The notes under the pieces are model-generated. The model had not been told where the DNA came from. It made no database searches and worked only from the letters and a program-made list of their open reading frames with translations. Shown here in pieces: positions 1 to 9,265 of a stretch of 64,000 nt of DNA. The translations under genes and the position numbers were made by a program. The first letter of the stretch is position 1. Each line of letters begins with the position of its first letter. The stretch is taken from positions 32,001-96,000 of IMG/VR virus record IMGVR_UViG_3300005466_000024. One strand, 5' to 3'. Source of the DNA: a virus.

Positions 1-953
1 GCCACCCCGCTGCCGTTGGTGCCGTTGGTGTTGTTGCCACCGGCCCCACCGGCCCTGCCGTTGGTGGCCGTGTCGGCGGTGAATCCGGTTGCCGTGGTGG
101 TGCCTCCGGCACCACCGGCCGGTCGGGTGGCGGTGTTCGTTCCGGCGGTGCCGTGGCCGCCGCCACCGGCCGTGGCCACGATGGTGCCCGAGGTGAATGA
201 GCTGTTGCCGCCGTTGGTGGTGGCCGTCCCCGCAGTCCCGACGGTTACCGAGTACGTCGAGCCGAGCAGGCTCACGCTCTCCCATCCGGTGTCGAGATAG
301 GCGCCACCACCCCCGCCGGCACCGCCCGCTTCGGCGTTGAAGGCTGCCGCGCCACCTGCTCCACCGCCCCCGCCACCGCCGATGGCGACGAACCGCCACA
401 GCGTCGCCCCGGCGGGCACGGTGACATTGGTGCGGGAGGTGTTGATCTCGCTGCGTATTACGGTCACTCTGCCGGTACCGGTCAGTGACGCGGCCCGGGT
501 GAACTTGGCGAATGCCGCGACGGTGAGTCGTCCGGCCCCTGCCCTGGACGCGGTCACGGAGAACCGTGCGTAGCTGGCGGGGGTGAGGGTTCCGTGTCCA
601 CTCGCCGCTCCCGGCAACCGGAACTGTGTCGCCACGGCGGTGGCGGTGAGTCGGCCCGTACCGATGGTGGTGCTGTTCGCACCGGCCCCCAGCACACACC
701 GGCCACCCAGGGCCGCGGATACGAACCGGACGGCGCGTGTCGTTGCCATGATCGTTCCCCGGCCACGCAGGACAGGGGTGATCCGTATCAGGCTCATGTA
801 CGCACTCGCCGTCAGGGTTCCCTCGCCCGTACACGTCCCGGCCACTGCCGAACCCGAGGGCCACACCTGGATGTCGCCCAGGTAGATCGCGAACACGACG
901 GTTTCGCCCAGGTAGGCCGCAGTGATCGGGACGGCCCCGTCGTAGGCGCCCAT
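1..953 (-). CDS. Tail fibre/minor tail protein, partial (runs off left edge)
   Basis: ATG at 953 after GAGAAAGG. Reads MGAYDGAVPITAAYLGETVVFAIYLGDIQVWP, then GxGxLTA repeats, then a Gly-rich domain paralogous to the N-terminus of 20829..24287. Absent from the ORF track because there is no stop in the window. Confidence 0.8.
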   Translation of the reverse strand, partial: MGAYDGAVPITAAYLGETVVFAIYLGDIQVWPSGSAVAGTCTGEGTLTASAYMSLIRITPVLRGRGTIMATTRAVRFVSAALGGRCVLGAGANSTTIGTGRLTATAVATQFRLPGAASGHGTLTPASYARFSVTASRAGAGRLTVAAFAKFTRAASLTGTGRVTVIRSEINTSRTNVTVPAGATLWRFVAIGGGGGGGAGGAAAFNAEAGGAGGGGGAYLDTGWESVSLLGSTYSVTVGTAGTATTNGGNSSFTSGTIVATAGGGGHGTAGTNTATRPAGGAGGTTTATGFTADTATNGRAGGAGGNNTNGTNGSGV

Positions 954-961
954 GCCCTTTC

Positions 962-1486
962 TCAGGTCACGATGTAGAGGGTGTCGGGATCCTTGGGGTC
1001 GATGGCCGTGTATTGCGCTGCGCTGCCCCGCCAGATGCGCAGCCGGCCCGTGGTGGTGATGACACCGCGCCAGGCGACCCCGTCGCTGACGACGGGGTCG
1101 CCGTCGTACGCCAGCGCCCCGGCATCGACGGTGGCGGGATTGGGCAGGTCGGCGGGCAGCCGCAGCGGGGCGTTGGCGTTGACCTGTGTGCCGTTGAGTT
1201 CCAGCGGGCCGGAGGAGCCGACGTGCACCTGGCCCTGCACGGCGTCGGTGAGTAGTTCGGGGGCGTTGGTCTGCAGTTTGCGGTCCAGCCGGTAGAAGCC
1301 CATGTCGGCGCGCTCGATCATCCAGCTTTCGCCCACCGCCGGGGTGATGACGCTGGCCCCGATGTGGTAGGACAGGTCGATCGGCACCGTGACATGGGTG
1401 CGGGTCATGCCGTCGGCCTTGCGGTTGGCCAGGTCTACTGCGGTGATCTGCACCACCCGCGCGGTTTGGGGGGTGGGCATGCTCAT
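962..1486 (-). CDS. Baseplate spike/minor tail protein
   Basis: Follows the hub gene directly. C-terminal WRGSAAQYTAIDPKDPDTLYIVT motif is typical of phage tail proteins. Start taken at MSMPTPQ. Confidence 0.55.
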   Translation of the reverse strand: MSMPTPQTARVVQITAVDLANRKADGMTRTHVTVPIDLSYHIGASVITPAVGESWMIERADMGFYRLDRKLQTNAPELLTDAVQGQVHVGSSGPLELNGTQVNANAPLRLPADLPNPATVDAGALAYDGDPVVSDGVAWRGVITTTGRLRIWRGSAAQYTAIDPKDPDTLYIVT

Positions 1487-1487
1487 G

Positions 1488-4454
1488 TCACTGCCCGCCC
1501 ATCGTGACGGTGCTGGAGGTGCCCGCGTTGTCGAAGCCACCCAGCCCGGCCATGATGTTGGTCTGGTCGGGATTGAGCAGCCCGGTACCGGTGTTGGCCA
1601 TCCTGTTCAGCGCACCGGGCACCGAGGGCGCCATGATCACCGCGTCGGTGGTGAAGCCGTGCTCGTAATCGAAGGTATGCGTCACCTCGCTGACGTATAC
1701 CTGCAGGTTGTGATTTTTCAACACCACCCGCATACCGGGGAACAATTCCGGCAAGAATGTGAATTGGACGGCAGTCTGGAATTGTTGTGCCCATTTCTCC
1801 ATGAAGATCTGGCAGGCCAACAGGAACTCGAGTTCGTGACTGCCGGCGAGCATGGAGGTGTCGGTGAAGGGCCGCACCCCGAATCGAGCCTCGATCTGCG
1901 CCGCGGTCATCTGCCCGATGTCGAGGGTGGGCAGGATCTTGGTGAGCCGCTCGAACAGCCAGGTCTGTTCGATGGTGGCCACCCCTGCGGTGTCCAGCCA
2001 GCCCAGCAGCGGATCCCAGTTCGACACCACCGGCGCCGGGTAGCCGTTGACGTAGACGTGGGTGGTGAGCTGGTCGTCGGACAGATCGAGGTGGACGTCC
2101 TTGAGTTCGATGTCCTCCAGGGAAACCACGGCGGGTTTGCCGTCGATGCCGAAGTAGTCCGGGTAGTACGCGATGAACGAGCCGTCGGGACCGGACGCGA
2201 AGTTGCGCAGCGAACCGCGGCAGACCCGGTTGACCATGCTCATCAGTGGTTGGCAGTCGATGTATTCCTTGAACGGCTCGGCGGCCAGCAGCGGCGCGAT
2301 CTCGTCGGCGAAGGATCCCGGCACGAACTCGTAGTAGAACAGGTTGGTGGCGATCGGTTCGTTGTTGGTGCCGCCCACCCCGGTGGCGCCCGAGCCGGGC
2401 GGCAGACCCGGCCCGGCCAGCATCGGGTCGGTCCGCGGGGAAGCGGGGTTGGGGCCACCGTTCTGGGCGACCTGGCAGATCGCGCACGCGTTGAGATCCC
2501 AGTACAGCGTGTTCACGTGCACCCCGGCCCCAGCCTGCCCACCCGATTCGATGATCTGTCCCCCGCCGAGCCACATCACCACGTGGTCGCGGGCGGGGCT
2601 GACGATCAAGTCCCCGCGGCGGATGTTCGACGGCGGCACCAGCGGCAGGCTGCTGGCCATCGCCTGAGTGGTGCGTGGCAGGGCGATCCCGATGGACCGG
2701 TAGGCGTACACCATCAGTCCACTACAGTCAAAGCTGTTGGGGCCGGTGGCCCCCCACACATAGGGTTTGCCGATCTGGGCCATCGCGGTCTGTACCGCGC
2801 CCTCGGAGTCCGGGTTGGGTTTGACGCCCAGGTCGGCGCCGCCGGTGGAGATCGTCGCCGCAGCGCTGCCGCCGATGCTGGGCACGCCCAGGCCGCCGGG
2901 GCTCAGTGAGCCGGGGTTCACCGACACCGGTGAGTTGGCGGCGGGTCCGATCACGCTGCTGGGCAGTCCCGCCGCACCGGCCACGCTGGACACCGCGGAG
3001 GACACCGGGTTGGCGGCGACCGTGGAGGCGGCGGCGTTCTGCGGGGCGCGGATCGCCTGAACCTGCTGGGTGGCCCACGGGATGGCGGCATCGACTTTGG
3101 CGGCGTAGCCGGTGGGGTCGCTGGCCCGCTGGACCGTCCAGGCCGCCATCCCCGGATCGGAGTTGCGCCAGTCGACCGTGGCGAGCCGGTCGAAGAACAT
3201 GCCCGCCGCCTGTTTGGGGTTCATCCTCTGGCTTACCGTCCCCCAGTTGGCGCCGTTGATTTGCTGGAAGATGCCGCAGCTGGTGCCGTCGAAGCCGGGG
3301 CCGTCGTTGGGCAGGAAGTTGGCCGAGTCGGGGACGGCGGGGTTGTAGAGGTTGCGGATGGTGACACCGCCGCCGGTTTCCACCGCGGCGGTGGCCACCC
3401 CGATGATGGCGGCATCGTTGTGCTGGACGAACGTGTTGTAGTTGACCTGCGTTTGCTGCGCGTTTTGGGCCATCTGCCGGGTGGCGGCGTCACGGGAGGC
3501 CAGGCCCTCGGTGCCGCCCTGCGCCAGGTTCGAGGACAGGGTGAGGTCGACGGTGGTGGGGCCCAGACCCCGTTCGTCGCAGGCCGCGACGATCTGCTGC
3601 ACGTAGAACGGTGACCCGATGCCGGGCGGCCCGGGATCCCCGGCCGCACTCGAATAGCCCGCGTACTGCTGGGGCGGCCCGGAGGTGTTGCCCACCCCCA
3701 TCAGGTTCTTGAATGCGTTCACCTGGGCCTGATTGGCGCTGCTCTGCGATTCCACCTGTGACTGCAGGAACGTCAGGAAGGTGATCGGGAAGTTCTGGAT
3801 GTGGACATCGCTTCGGTTCCACCCACCCACCTTCATGAGGAGCGCCTGCAGCAGCGATCCCAGCCCACTGTCGAAGGGGGTTTGCCCGTCTCCGGCGACC
3901 AGGGTGCCGGGGGTGAACTGGTTGAAGATGGCCTGGCTTTGTGGCAGTGACGGGTTCCACTGGGTGAACATCAGCCGCTTGAGTGTGCAGGTCGCCTTGA
4001 ACTGCGCCATGCCCTGGTAGAGGTGCTGGTAGGGCACGTTGTCGAGGTAGCCGGAGAACACCTGTTGCCAGGTGATCCGTTTGAGGAACACGGTGACCCG
4101 GTCCATGCGCTCGAACATCCCGTTGTAGCGCAGATCCTTGTTGGCCAGCATGAAGAACAGCGTCGAGGCGCTGTTCTCCTTGCGGATGACCTGGCCACGG
4201 ACCACGTCCTTGGAGACGTCGTACTGGGCGCTGCCGTGCGCGATGAGGATGCGCACGGCCGGCGCGTACACCAGTGTCTGCATGTTCTGCGGCGGGGTGA
4301 GCGCGTTGATGCCGAAGTTGGGGGTGGTCATCCCGGTGCTGCTCGGGTTGGCCGACCTGATGGTGGGGCCTCCCGCACCAGGGCCGATGAGCGGCCCGCC
4401 TTGCGGATTGGGGGTGGTTCCCAGCCCCCCTGCTCCTGGTCCGAAGATCGTCAC
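1488..4454 (-). CDS. Baseplate hub / tail-associated lysin with lysozyme-like and NlpC/P60 domains
   Basis: GKPYVWGATGPNSFDCSGL...HV (NlpC/P60). AAVETG...SCGIFQQ...WGTVSQRMNP (lysozyme-like). Hub-like N- and C-terminal segments; lies downstream of the tape measure gene. Confidence 0.8.
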   Translation of the reverse strand: MTIFGPGAGGLGTTPNPQGGPLIGPGAGGPTIRSANPSSTGMTTPNFGINALTPPQNMQTLVYAPAVRILIAHGSAQYDVSKDVVRGQVIRKENSASTLFFMLANKDLRYNGMFERMDRVTVFLKRITWQQVFSGYLDNVPYQHLYQGMAQFKATCTLKRLMFTQWNPSLPQSQAIFNQFTPGTLVAGDGQTPFDSGLGSLLQALLMKVGGWNRSDVHIQNFPITFLTFLQSQVESQSSANQAQVNAFKNLMGVGNTSGPPQQYAGYSSAAGDPGPPGIGSPFYVQQIVAACDERGLGPTTVDLTLSSNLAQGGTEGLASRDAATRQMAQNAQQTQVNYNTFVQHNDAAIIGVATAAVETGGGVTIRNLYNPAVPDSANFLPNDGPGFDGTSCGIFQQINGANWGTVSQRMNPKQAAGMFFDRLATVDWRNSDPGMAAWTVQRASDPTGYAAKVDAAIPWATQQVQAIRAPQNAAASTVAANPVSSAVSSVAGAAGLPSSVIGPAANSPVSVNPGSLSPGGLGVPSIGGSAAATISTGGADLGVKPNPDSEGAVQTAMAQIGKPYVWGATGPNSFDCSGLMVYAYRSIGIALPRTTQAMASSLPLVPPSNIRRGDLIVSPARDHVVMWLGGGQIIESGGQAGAGVHVNTLYWDLNACAICQVAQNGGPNPASPRTDPMLAGPGLPPGSGATGVGGTNNEPIATNLFYYEFVPGSFADEIAPLLAAEPFKEYIDCQPLMSMVNRVCRGSLRNFASGPDGSFIAYYPDYFGIDGKPAVVSLEDIELKDVHLDLSDDQLTTHVYVNGYPAPVVSNWDPLLGWLDTAGVATIEQTWLFERLTKILPTLDIGQMTAAQIEARFGVRPFTDTSMLAGSHELEFLLACQIFMEKWAQQFQTAVQFTFLPELFPGMRVVLKNHNLQVYVSEVTHTFDYEHGFTTDAVIMAPSVPGALNRMANTGTGLLNPDQTNIMAGLGGFDNAGTSSTVTMGGQ

Positions 4455-4456
4455 CG

Positions 4457-5095
4457 CTATCCTCCGGGCCCGAAGATGGATCCCTGCGGCTGGGGCACCC
4501 CGATCGGCACGAGGCCTGCCCCTGCCGGTCCGATCAGTGGTGCACCCGGGGGAAGTGGTGTCGCCGGCAGCGAGGCGCCGTTGCCGAACAGGTTGAGCAG
4601 GCCGTCGAGTATCCCCAGGGGTGCGCTGAGCACCCCGTCGGGCATGCCCAGCCCGAAGATCGTCATCCAGTTGCTGGCGATGGAGGCGATGTTGGTGGTG
4701 GTGGCGACCATCGAGGACAGCAGGCTGATCTCGAGTTTGGCGCGGGGCGCGACGTTGGCCCGCTGCCCGCCGGCCCGGAACGTTTTGATGGTGCCGGTCC
4801 AGTTCATGATGTTGCGTTCCGGCCAGTACAACACCACACCCACCGAGGTGCTGTCGGCGGATTGGGCGGCGATCTGGTTGGCCCGGGCGAATTGCTGGAA
4901 GTGCTCGAAGTCGTTTTCGTTGGCGAAGACGATGTCGAATTCGGCTTCGGGCTGGTTGACCTTGACTGGGAAGTGCTGTGTCAGTGTGCGGGTCTGCACG
5001 CTGGTGATGCTCGCCGCGATGGGGGCGGTGAACGCGGTGCAGTTCAGCGCGTAGGTGGTGCCCAGCTCCCGGCTGGTCACCCGTAATTTACTCAT
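4457..5095 (-). CDS. Baseplate/tail structural protein
   Basis: Lies between tape measure and hub. ATG 5095 overlaps the upstream stop (ATGA). Confidence 0.55.
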   Translation of the reverse strand: MSKLRVTSRELGTTYALNCTAFTAPIAASITSVQTRTLTQHFPVKVNQPEAEFDIVFANENDFEHFQQFARANQIAAQSADSTSVGVVLYWPERNIMNWTGTIKTFRAGGQRANVAPRAKLEISLLSSMVATTTNIASIASNWMTIFGLGMPDGVLSAPLGILDGLLNLFGNGASLPATPLPPGAPLIGPAGAGLVPIGVPQPQGSIFGPGG

Positions 5096-5274
5096 GGTGC
5101 CTGCGGTGACGGTCCGGGTGAGGACGGCAGCTGCAGTGGCACCACCGTTTCGGGTGGGTTGTACACCAGTCCCCACTGGTAGGAGAAGCACAACCCGTTC
5201 ATGTCGACCTCGGGGGTGACGCCGCGCAGTTTGATCGGCATGGAGATGGGTCCGTTGCTTACGAAATCGGTCAT
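5092..5274 (-). CDS. Small hypothetical tail-module protein
   Basis: GAGGAGG RBS before ATG 5274; stop coupled to the next gene. Confidence 0.55.
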   Translation of the reverse strand: MTDFVSNGPISMPIKLRGVTPEVDMNGLCFSYQWGLVYNPPETVVPLQLPSSPGPSPQAP

Positions 5275-5302
5275 CGCTGGCCTCCTCACCCTTTTCCTGG
5301 GT

Positions 5303-6094
5303 TCAGATGAAGCCGCCGATCACTGGGATGGTGTTGAGGGCGGTGCCGAGTCCTCCGAGTCCGGAGGAGTTCAGCAGGCTGCCCAGCCCGGTGGGGCTGA
5401 TGACCCCGGCGCCGCCGCTGATGATGTTGTCCAGTCCGGGGATGGAGGACACCATGTTGGTGATGTTGGCGGGGACGTCGGTCGGTGACATCCAGGTGGG
5501 CGACTGGTGGGCGGCGCCGTCGCCGGGCAGGCTCTTGCGGTAGGTGGTGGCGGCGGTGCCCACGTCGCGGGCCAGGGTGGCGAGTTCGTTGGCGATGGAC
5601 AGCGCGCTCATCGTCCCAGACACGTCTTCCTGCACTTTGAATGTCAGGGCGATTTCCCGGACGGTGCTGTTGAATCCGTCGGCGAACGGCACGGACTGGG
5701 CGAACACGGCCATTCGCCAGTTGCGGGTGGTGTAGGTGAAGTTGCCGGGTTTGCCGTTGCGCTGCGCGATCATGAAGTCCTTCATGAACTCCACCACCTG
5801 CTGGTAGTACGGCCAGCGTCCGCGCCCGCAGTCGACCTTGATGACCAGGTCGTCGATGCGGGTGCCCAGGATCTGCACCACCCGGCCTCCGTAGGTTTGT
5901 TCGACGTTGGTCAGCAGCGTGTAGGACCACCACACCGAGTTGGGATTCGTGCGGAACACCAGGGTGTTGCCCCCGTAGGACAGGCTGGCCAGGCCGCGGT
6001 GGCTGTTGGGGGAGAGCTGGTTGGCCTGGCTGGCGCCCGCCGACCGTGGGGTCGCGGGGACGGCCGTGGAGTAGCCCTGGATGCCGGCGGTCAT
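5303..6094 (-). CDS. Tail tube initiator/baseplate-type protein
   Basis: ATG 6094 overlaps the tape measure stop; position and size typical of myovirus post-TMP genes. Confidence 0.5.
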   Translation of the reverse strand: MTAGIQGYSTAVPATPRSAGASQANQLSPNSHRGLASLSYGGNTLVFRTNPNSVWWSYTLLTNVEQTYGGRVVQILGTRIDDLVIKVDCGRGRWPYYQQVVEFMKDFMIAQRNGKPGNFTYTTRNWRMAVFAQSVPFADGFNSTVREIALTFKVQEDVSGTMSALSIANELATLARDVGTAATTYRKSLPGDGAAHQSPTWMSPTDVPANITNMVSSIPGLDNIISGGAGVISPTGLGSLLNSSGLGGLGTALNTIPVIGGFI

Positions 6095-8298
6095 CGTCGC
6101 GGTCCCCCGTAGCCGGGCGGCGGGTTGTTGGGGGCCATCACGTTGCCGTTGCCGTCGGTGGCGCCCGCGTTGGCGGCCTGTTCGTGCGGAGTGAGCTGGA
6201 TCGTCTGCGGGGTGCTCAGCAGTTTGCGTGCTTCCGGTGTGAGCCCGATGGTGACCTGCCCGGACACGTTGGTGGTGCCGCCCGCTGCGCTGCTCGGGGC
6301 CGTTGGTCCTTCGGCCAGTGTGTAGCCGCGGCCGTCCTTCTGGGTGGCAGGGCGCCACGTGTACTGGTTGTTGATGAGTTTTTCGACCTGGTCACGATTC
6401 TTGCGGTCGAACTTGATCGGTTTGCCGGATTCATCGAGGACGGTGATGCCGCCCTTGTCGTCGTAAGCCGCCAGTACCTGGTCGAGCGCCGCGTTGTGGT
6501 AGCCGACCTGTTCGTCCTGCGAGGATCCCAGTCCCAGCAGCCCGGGGATCTTTTTCAGTTCGTCCCACACCGTCGGCCCCGAATCGCGTTGTGCGGCACT
6601 GACCCGCGAGGTGGGGGCCCGGTATTCCAGTTTTTGCTGCTGCTTTTGGGTGTCCTGGATGCCCTGGGTAAAGGGGTCGGTGCCCTCGATGGTGTACTGG
6701 TGGAAATAGGCCTTCACCTGGGCGGCGTCGTTCGCCCAGGGCACTCCTTGGGCGCGCAGTCGCATCTGCCACAGCACCAGCGCGTTGTAGTAGGCCGCCG
6801 TCCCTTCGGCGGGGCGCCCGGCCTGGGTCCAGTATTGTGTCGCCCAGCCTTTGATGACGTTGGACGAGGCTTGCACCATGTCCGTGCCGCCGACCATGAA
6901 CGGCAGTGCCCCCGGCAGCACGCCCGGCGGCACCTGCAGCCCTCCCTGGTATTGCAGGAAGGGTAGGTTCTGTGGTTGCAGCATGGATTGGACGAGCTGC
7001 TGGCCGGTGCCCTGCAGTCCTTGCACGTTGTTGACGTTGGCCGCCGCCATCGCCATCTGGGCGGCCTGCGCCCCGGGCATTCCGGCGTTGATCCCCGCCG
7101 CCGAGGTGGCCGCGAACCCCTTGATGAGGTCGGGCAGGCTGGTGGCCCCGGCTTTCGACAGTTCCTGCAGGTCGCGCAGGTTGGTGTTGAGTCCGTTCAG
7201 CGACTGGCCGCCCTCGTTGACGTTCTTGCGCAGCAGCTCGAACGACGACGAGATGTCCATGTTCATGTCCTTGAGGTTCTGCGCGACGAACCCGGTGATC
7301 GTGTCGAATTCCCGGCCCGTGTAGCCTTCCCGCAGCCCCTGCTGGACGATTTGCCGGGCCTGTTCGTTGGTGATGAACGGGTTGGCGGCCATGGCGCGGA
7401 TCGACGTCTCGTAGCCGAGACCTTCCCCGACGCCGCCGCCGCGGATCGACCCCATCGCGCGGGCACCTTGGATGGCTTCGCCGGTGCGCTGGAACAGGCC
7501 GTAGCCCAGCGCCGCCGCGCCGAGTCCCGTCCCGATGGGCCCCAGCGCCTTCATCACCCCGCCGAGACCCCCGCCGAAGCCCAGGGCGTCGATGAGTCCA
7601 CCGCCGCCGCCTTCCGCCCCGCCGGGAACTCGTCCCGCAGCCCGGCGGGTGGCCTGTTCGGCGGGCCCCACCGCCTGCTGGGTCGCCGGCGACATTCCCG
7701 AGACGGCGCGTCGCGCCGTCTCCCCTTCGGCACCCCCGTATTCGCTGAGTACCTGTTCTGCGATGCCGCGGCCCCCGAGCTGCCCGCGCAGCGCCTGTTC
7801 GCGGTTGCTGATCCGCTGGGTCGCCGCGGTCAGACCTTCCTCGGTGGGGGTGGTAACGTCGCCGCTGCGCACCCATCCGGATGCCGCCATCTTGTTGATG
7901 TAGGCCCGCGGGTTGGTCTCGCGCAGTTCGTTGAGCATTTCCTGGGCTTCGGGGGCGGAGGCGGGTGTGCGGCCCATTCCCATCCCGGCGGTGGTTCCGG
8001 CGAATGGGCTGACGTACTGGGGTGGGGCGTTGAGCTGCGGCTGGCCCGTCGTCTGGGCGGCACTGAGGTTGCGTATGGCGGCGGCGGCTCGGTCGGCGGC
8101 GCCGGCCTGGGCCTCCAGCATTTTCACGAAGCTGTCCTGGGACCGGCTGGCGGCCTCGGTGGAGGTCCGCAGCAGGTTGACCTCCTGGACGAGGGTCCGG
8201 ATCCCGGTGACGGCGTCGCCGGGGATGTCCATCGACAGCCGCAACGTGACGAAGTCGTCCCCCTGTTGGAAGGGGCTGCTGCCTCCGGGGGTGGTCAA
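6091..8298 (-). CDS. Tape measure protein
   Basis: 735 aa Ala/Gly/Gln-rich helical protein directly after the frameshifting chaperone pair. Confidence 0.75.
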   Translation of the reverse strand: MTTPGGSSPFQQGDDFVTLRLSMDIPGDAVTGIRTLVQEVNLLRTSTEAASRSQDSFVKMLEAQAGAADRAAAAIRNLSAAQTTGQPQLNAPPQYVSPFAGTTAGMGMGRTPASAPEAQEMLNELRETNPRAYINKMAASGWVRSGDVTTPTEEGLTAATQRISNREQALRGQLGGRGIAEQVLSEYGGAEGETARRAVSGMSPATQQAVGPAEQATRRAAGRVPGGAEGGGGGLIDALGFGGGLGGVMKALGPIGTGLGAAALGYGLFQRTGEAIQGARAMGSIRGGGVGEGLGYETSIRAMAANPFITNEQARQIVQQGLREGYTGREFDTITGFVAQNLKDMNMDISSSFELLRKNVNEGGQSLNGLNTNLRDLQELSKAGATSLPDLIKGFAATSAAGINAGMPGAQAAQMAMAAANVNNVQGLQGTGQQLVQSMLQPQNLPFLQYQGGLQVPPGVLPGALPFMVGGTDMVQASSNVIKGWATQYWTQAGRPAEGTAAYYNALVLWQMRLRAQGVPWANDAAQVKAYFHQYTIEGTDPFTQGIQDTQKQQQKLEYRAPTSRVSAAQRDSGPTVWDELKKIPGLLGLGSSQDEQVGYHNAALDQVLAAYDDKGGITVLDESGKPIKFDRKNRDQVEKLINNQYTWRPATQKDGRGYTLAEGPTAPSSAAGGTTNVSGQVTIGLTPEARKLLSTPQTIQLTPHEQAANAGATDGNGNVMAPNNPPPGYGGPRR

Positions 8299-8336
8299 CG
8301 CGGTCTCCTCGCTGGGTCACCTATTCCAGCGGGGAT

Positions 8337-8738
8337 TTACTGCCAGGGGCTCCAGTCCTGCCAGTACTCCCCCGCGCCGCCCGGCATGGCGCCCCCGTTG
8401 GCGGTGTGTTTCTCACCGTGGACCACCGCTGACGCGTACCACTGGTCGAGCGATTCGACGTTGGTGACCGGCCGGTCGCGTCCTTCTGCCCCTTCCAGGC
8501 CGAGCGCGGCGCGCATTTCGCCCTCGTAGAGTTGCGCCCAGCGTTCCGGGGACAGGTGGAAGGCCTGGTCCTTGACTTCCTCGCGGCGATCGGTCTGTTG
8601 GATGCGCCGGTCCATGTAGATCCAGTACAGCAGCGCCCAGCGTTGGAATCGGTTGAGGCTGCGTTGGTGCAGGAGGCCCTGTTCGTGGGCCAGACGGACC
8701 AGGACTTCGCTGACCTCGTCTAGCCGTCGGCTTTTCCC
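8337..8738 (-). CDS. Tail assembly chaperone, -1 frameshift extension (gpGT-like C-terminal part)
   Basis: The -1 frame reads ...GKSRRLDEVSEVLVRLAHEQ...; it is entered at G GGA AAA. Confidence 0.75.
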   Translation of the reverse strand, partial: GKSRRLDEVSEVLVRLAHEQGLLHQRSLNRFQRWALLYWIYMDRRIQQTDRREEVKDQAFHLSPERWAQLYEGEMRAALGLEGAEGRDRPVTNVESLDQWYASAVVHGEKHTANGGAMPGGAGEYWQDWSPWQ

Positions 8739-9265
8739 AGTTTCTGGGCCAGTTCGTAGAATTCGGCGTCGAGCTTGAGGATTTCGCCGTAGATCTGGGT
8801 GATGACCACCGGGTAGTAGCGCCGCAGCGCGGCGACCTTCTCGGCGTAGAGCTCGTCGTCGGTGAGTTGGCGCAGCGGGGTGACCAGGTCGGTGCCGTCG
8901 ATGCTGCGCACCCCGGCCGCGCACACCGCCAGTTGGTAGGCACGCTGCTCGGCGGGCGGGGCACCGAGAAATTCCTTGCAGAACAACCCGACCCGCAGGT
9001 CGTCGTCGGTGGTGAGGTTGGTGATGGCCACGGTGTGGCCCATCACCGAGATCGTTTTGTTGCGCCGCCCCACGGTGAGCAGGGTGTTGAACAGCGTCCG
9101 TTCCTCGTCGGTGAGTTCGGTGATGCCGTCGTCCCGGGTTTCCTCGTCCTGCGTTTCGCTGTCCGCAATGCGCCGGCGGGTTTCGGTGACCGGCGCCGGG
9201 GCGATCAGCGGGGGGTCTTCCCCTAGGTCGGGGTCGGCTACGATGATGCGCTGTTGCGGCATCAT
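8720..9265 (-). CDS. Tail assembly chaperone (gpG-like)
   Basis: Upstream of TMP; ends CTG GGA AAA GCC GAC GGC TAG, which contains a slippery heptamer. Confidence 0.8.
   Translation of the reverse strand: MMPQQRIIVADPDLGEDPPLIAPAPVTETRRRIADSETQDEETRDDGITELTDEERTLFNTLLTVGRRNKTISVMGHTVAITNLTTDDDLRVGLFCKEFLGAPPAEQRAYQLAVCAAGVRSIDGTDLVTPLRQLTDDELYAEKVAALRRYYPVVITQIYGEILKLDAEFYELAQKLGKADG
8732..8738 (-). other. Programmed -1 frameshift slippery site GGGAAAA
   Basis: X XXY YYZ heptamer in the correct codon phase; the overlapping -1 frame is open to 8337. Confidence 0.8.
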
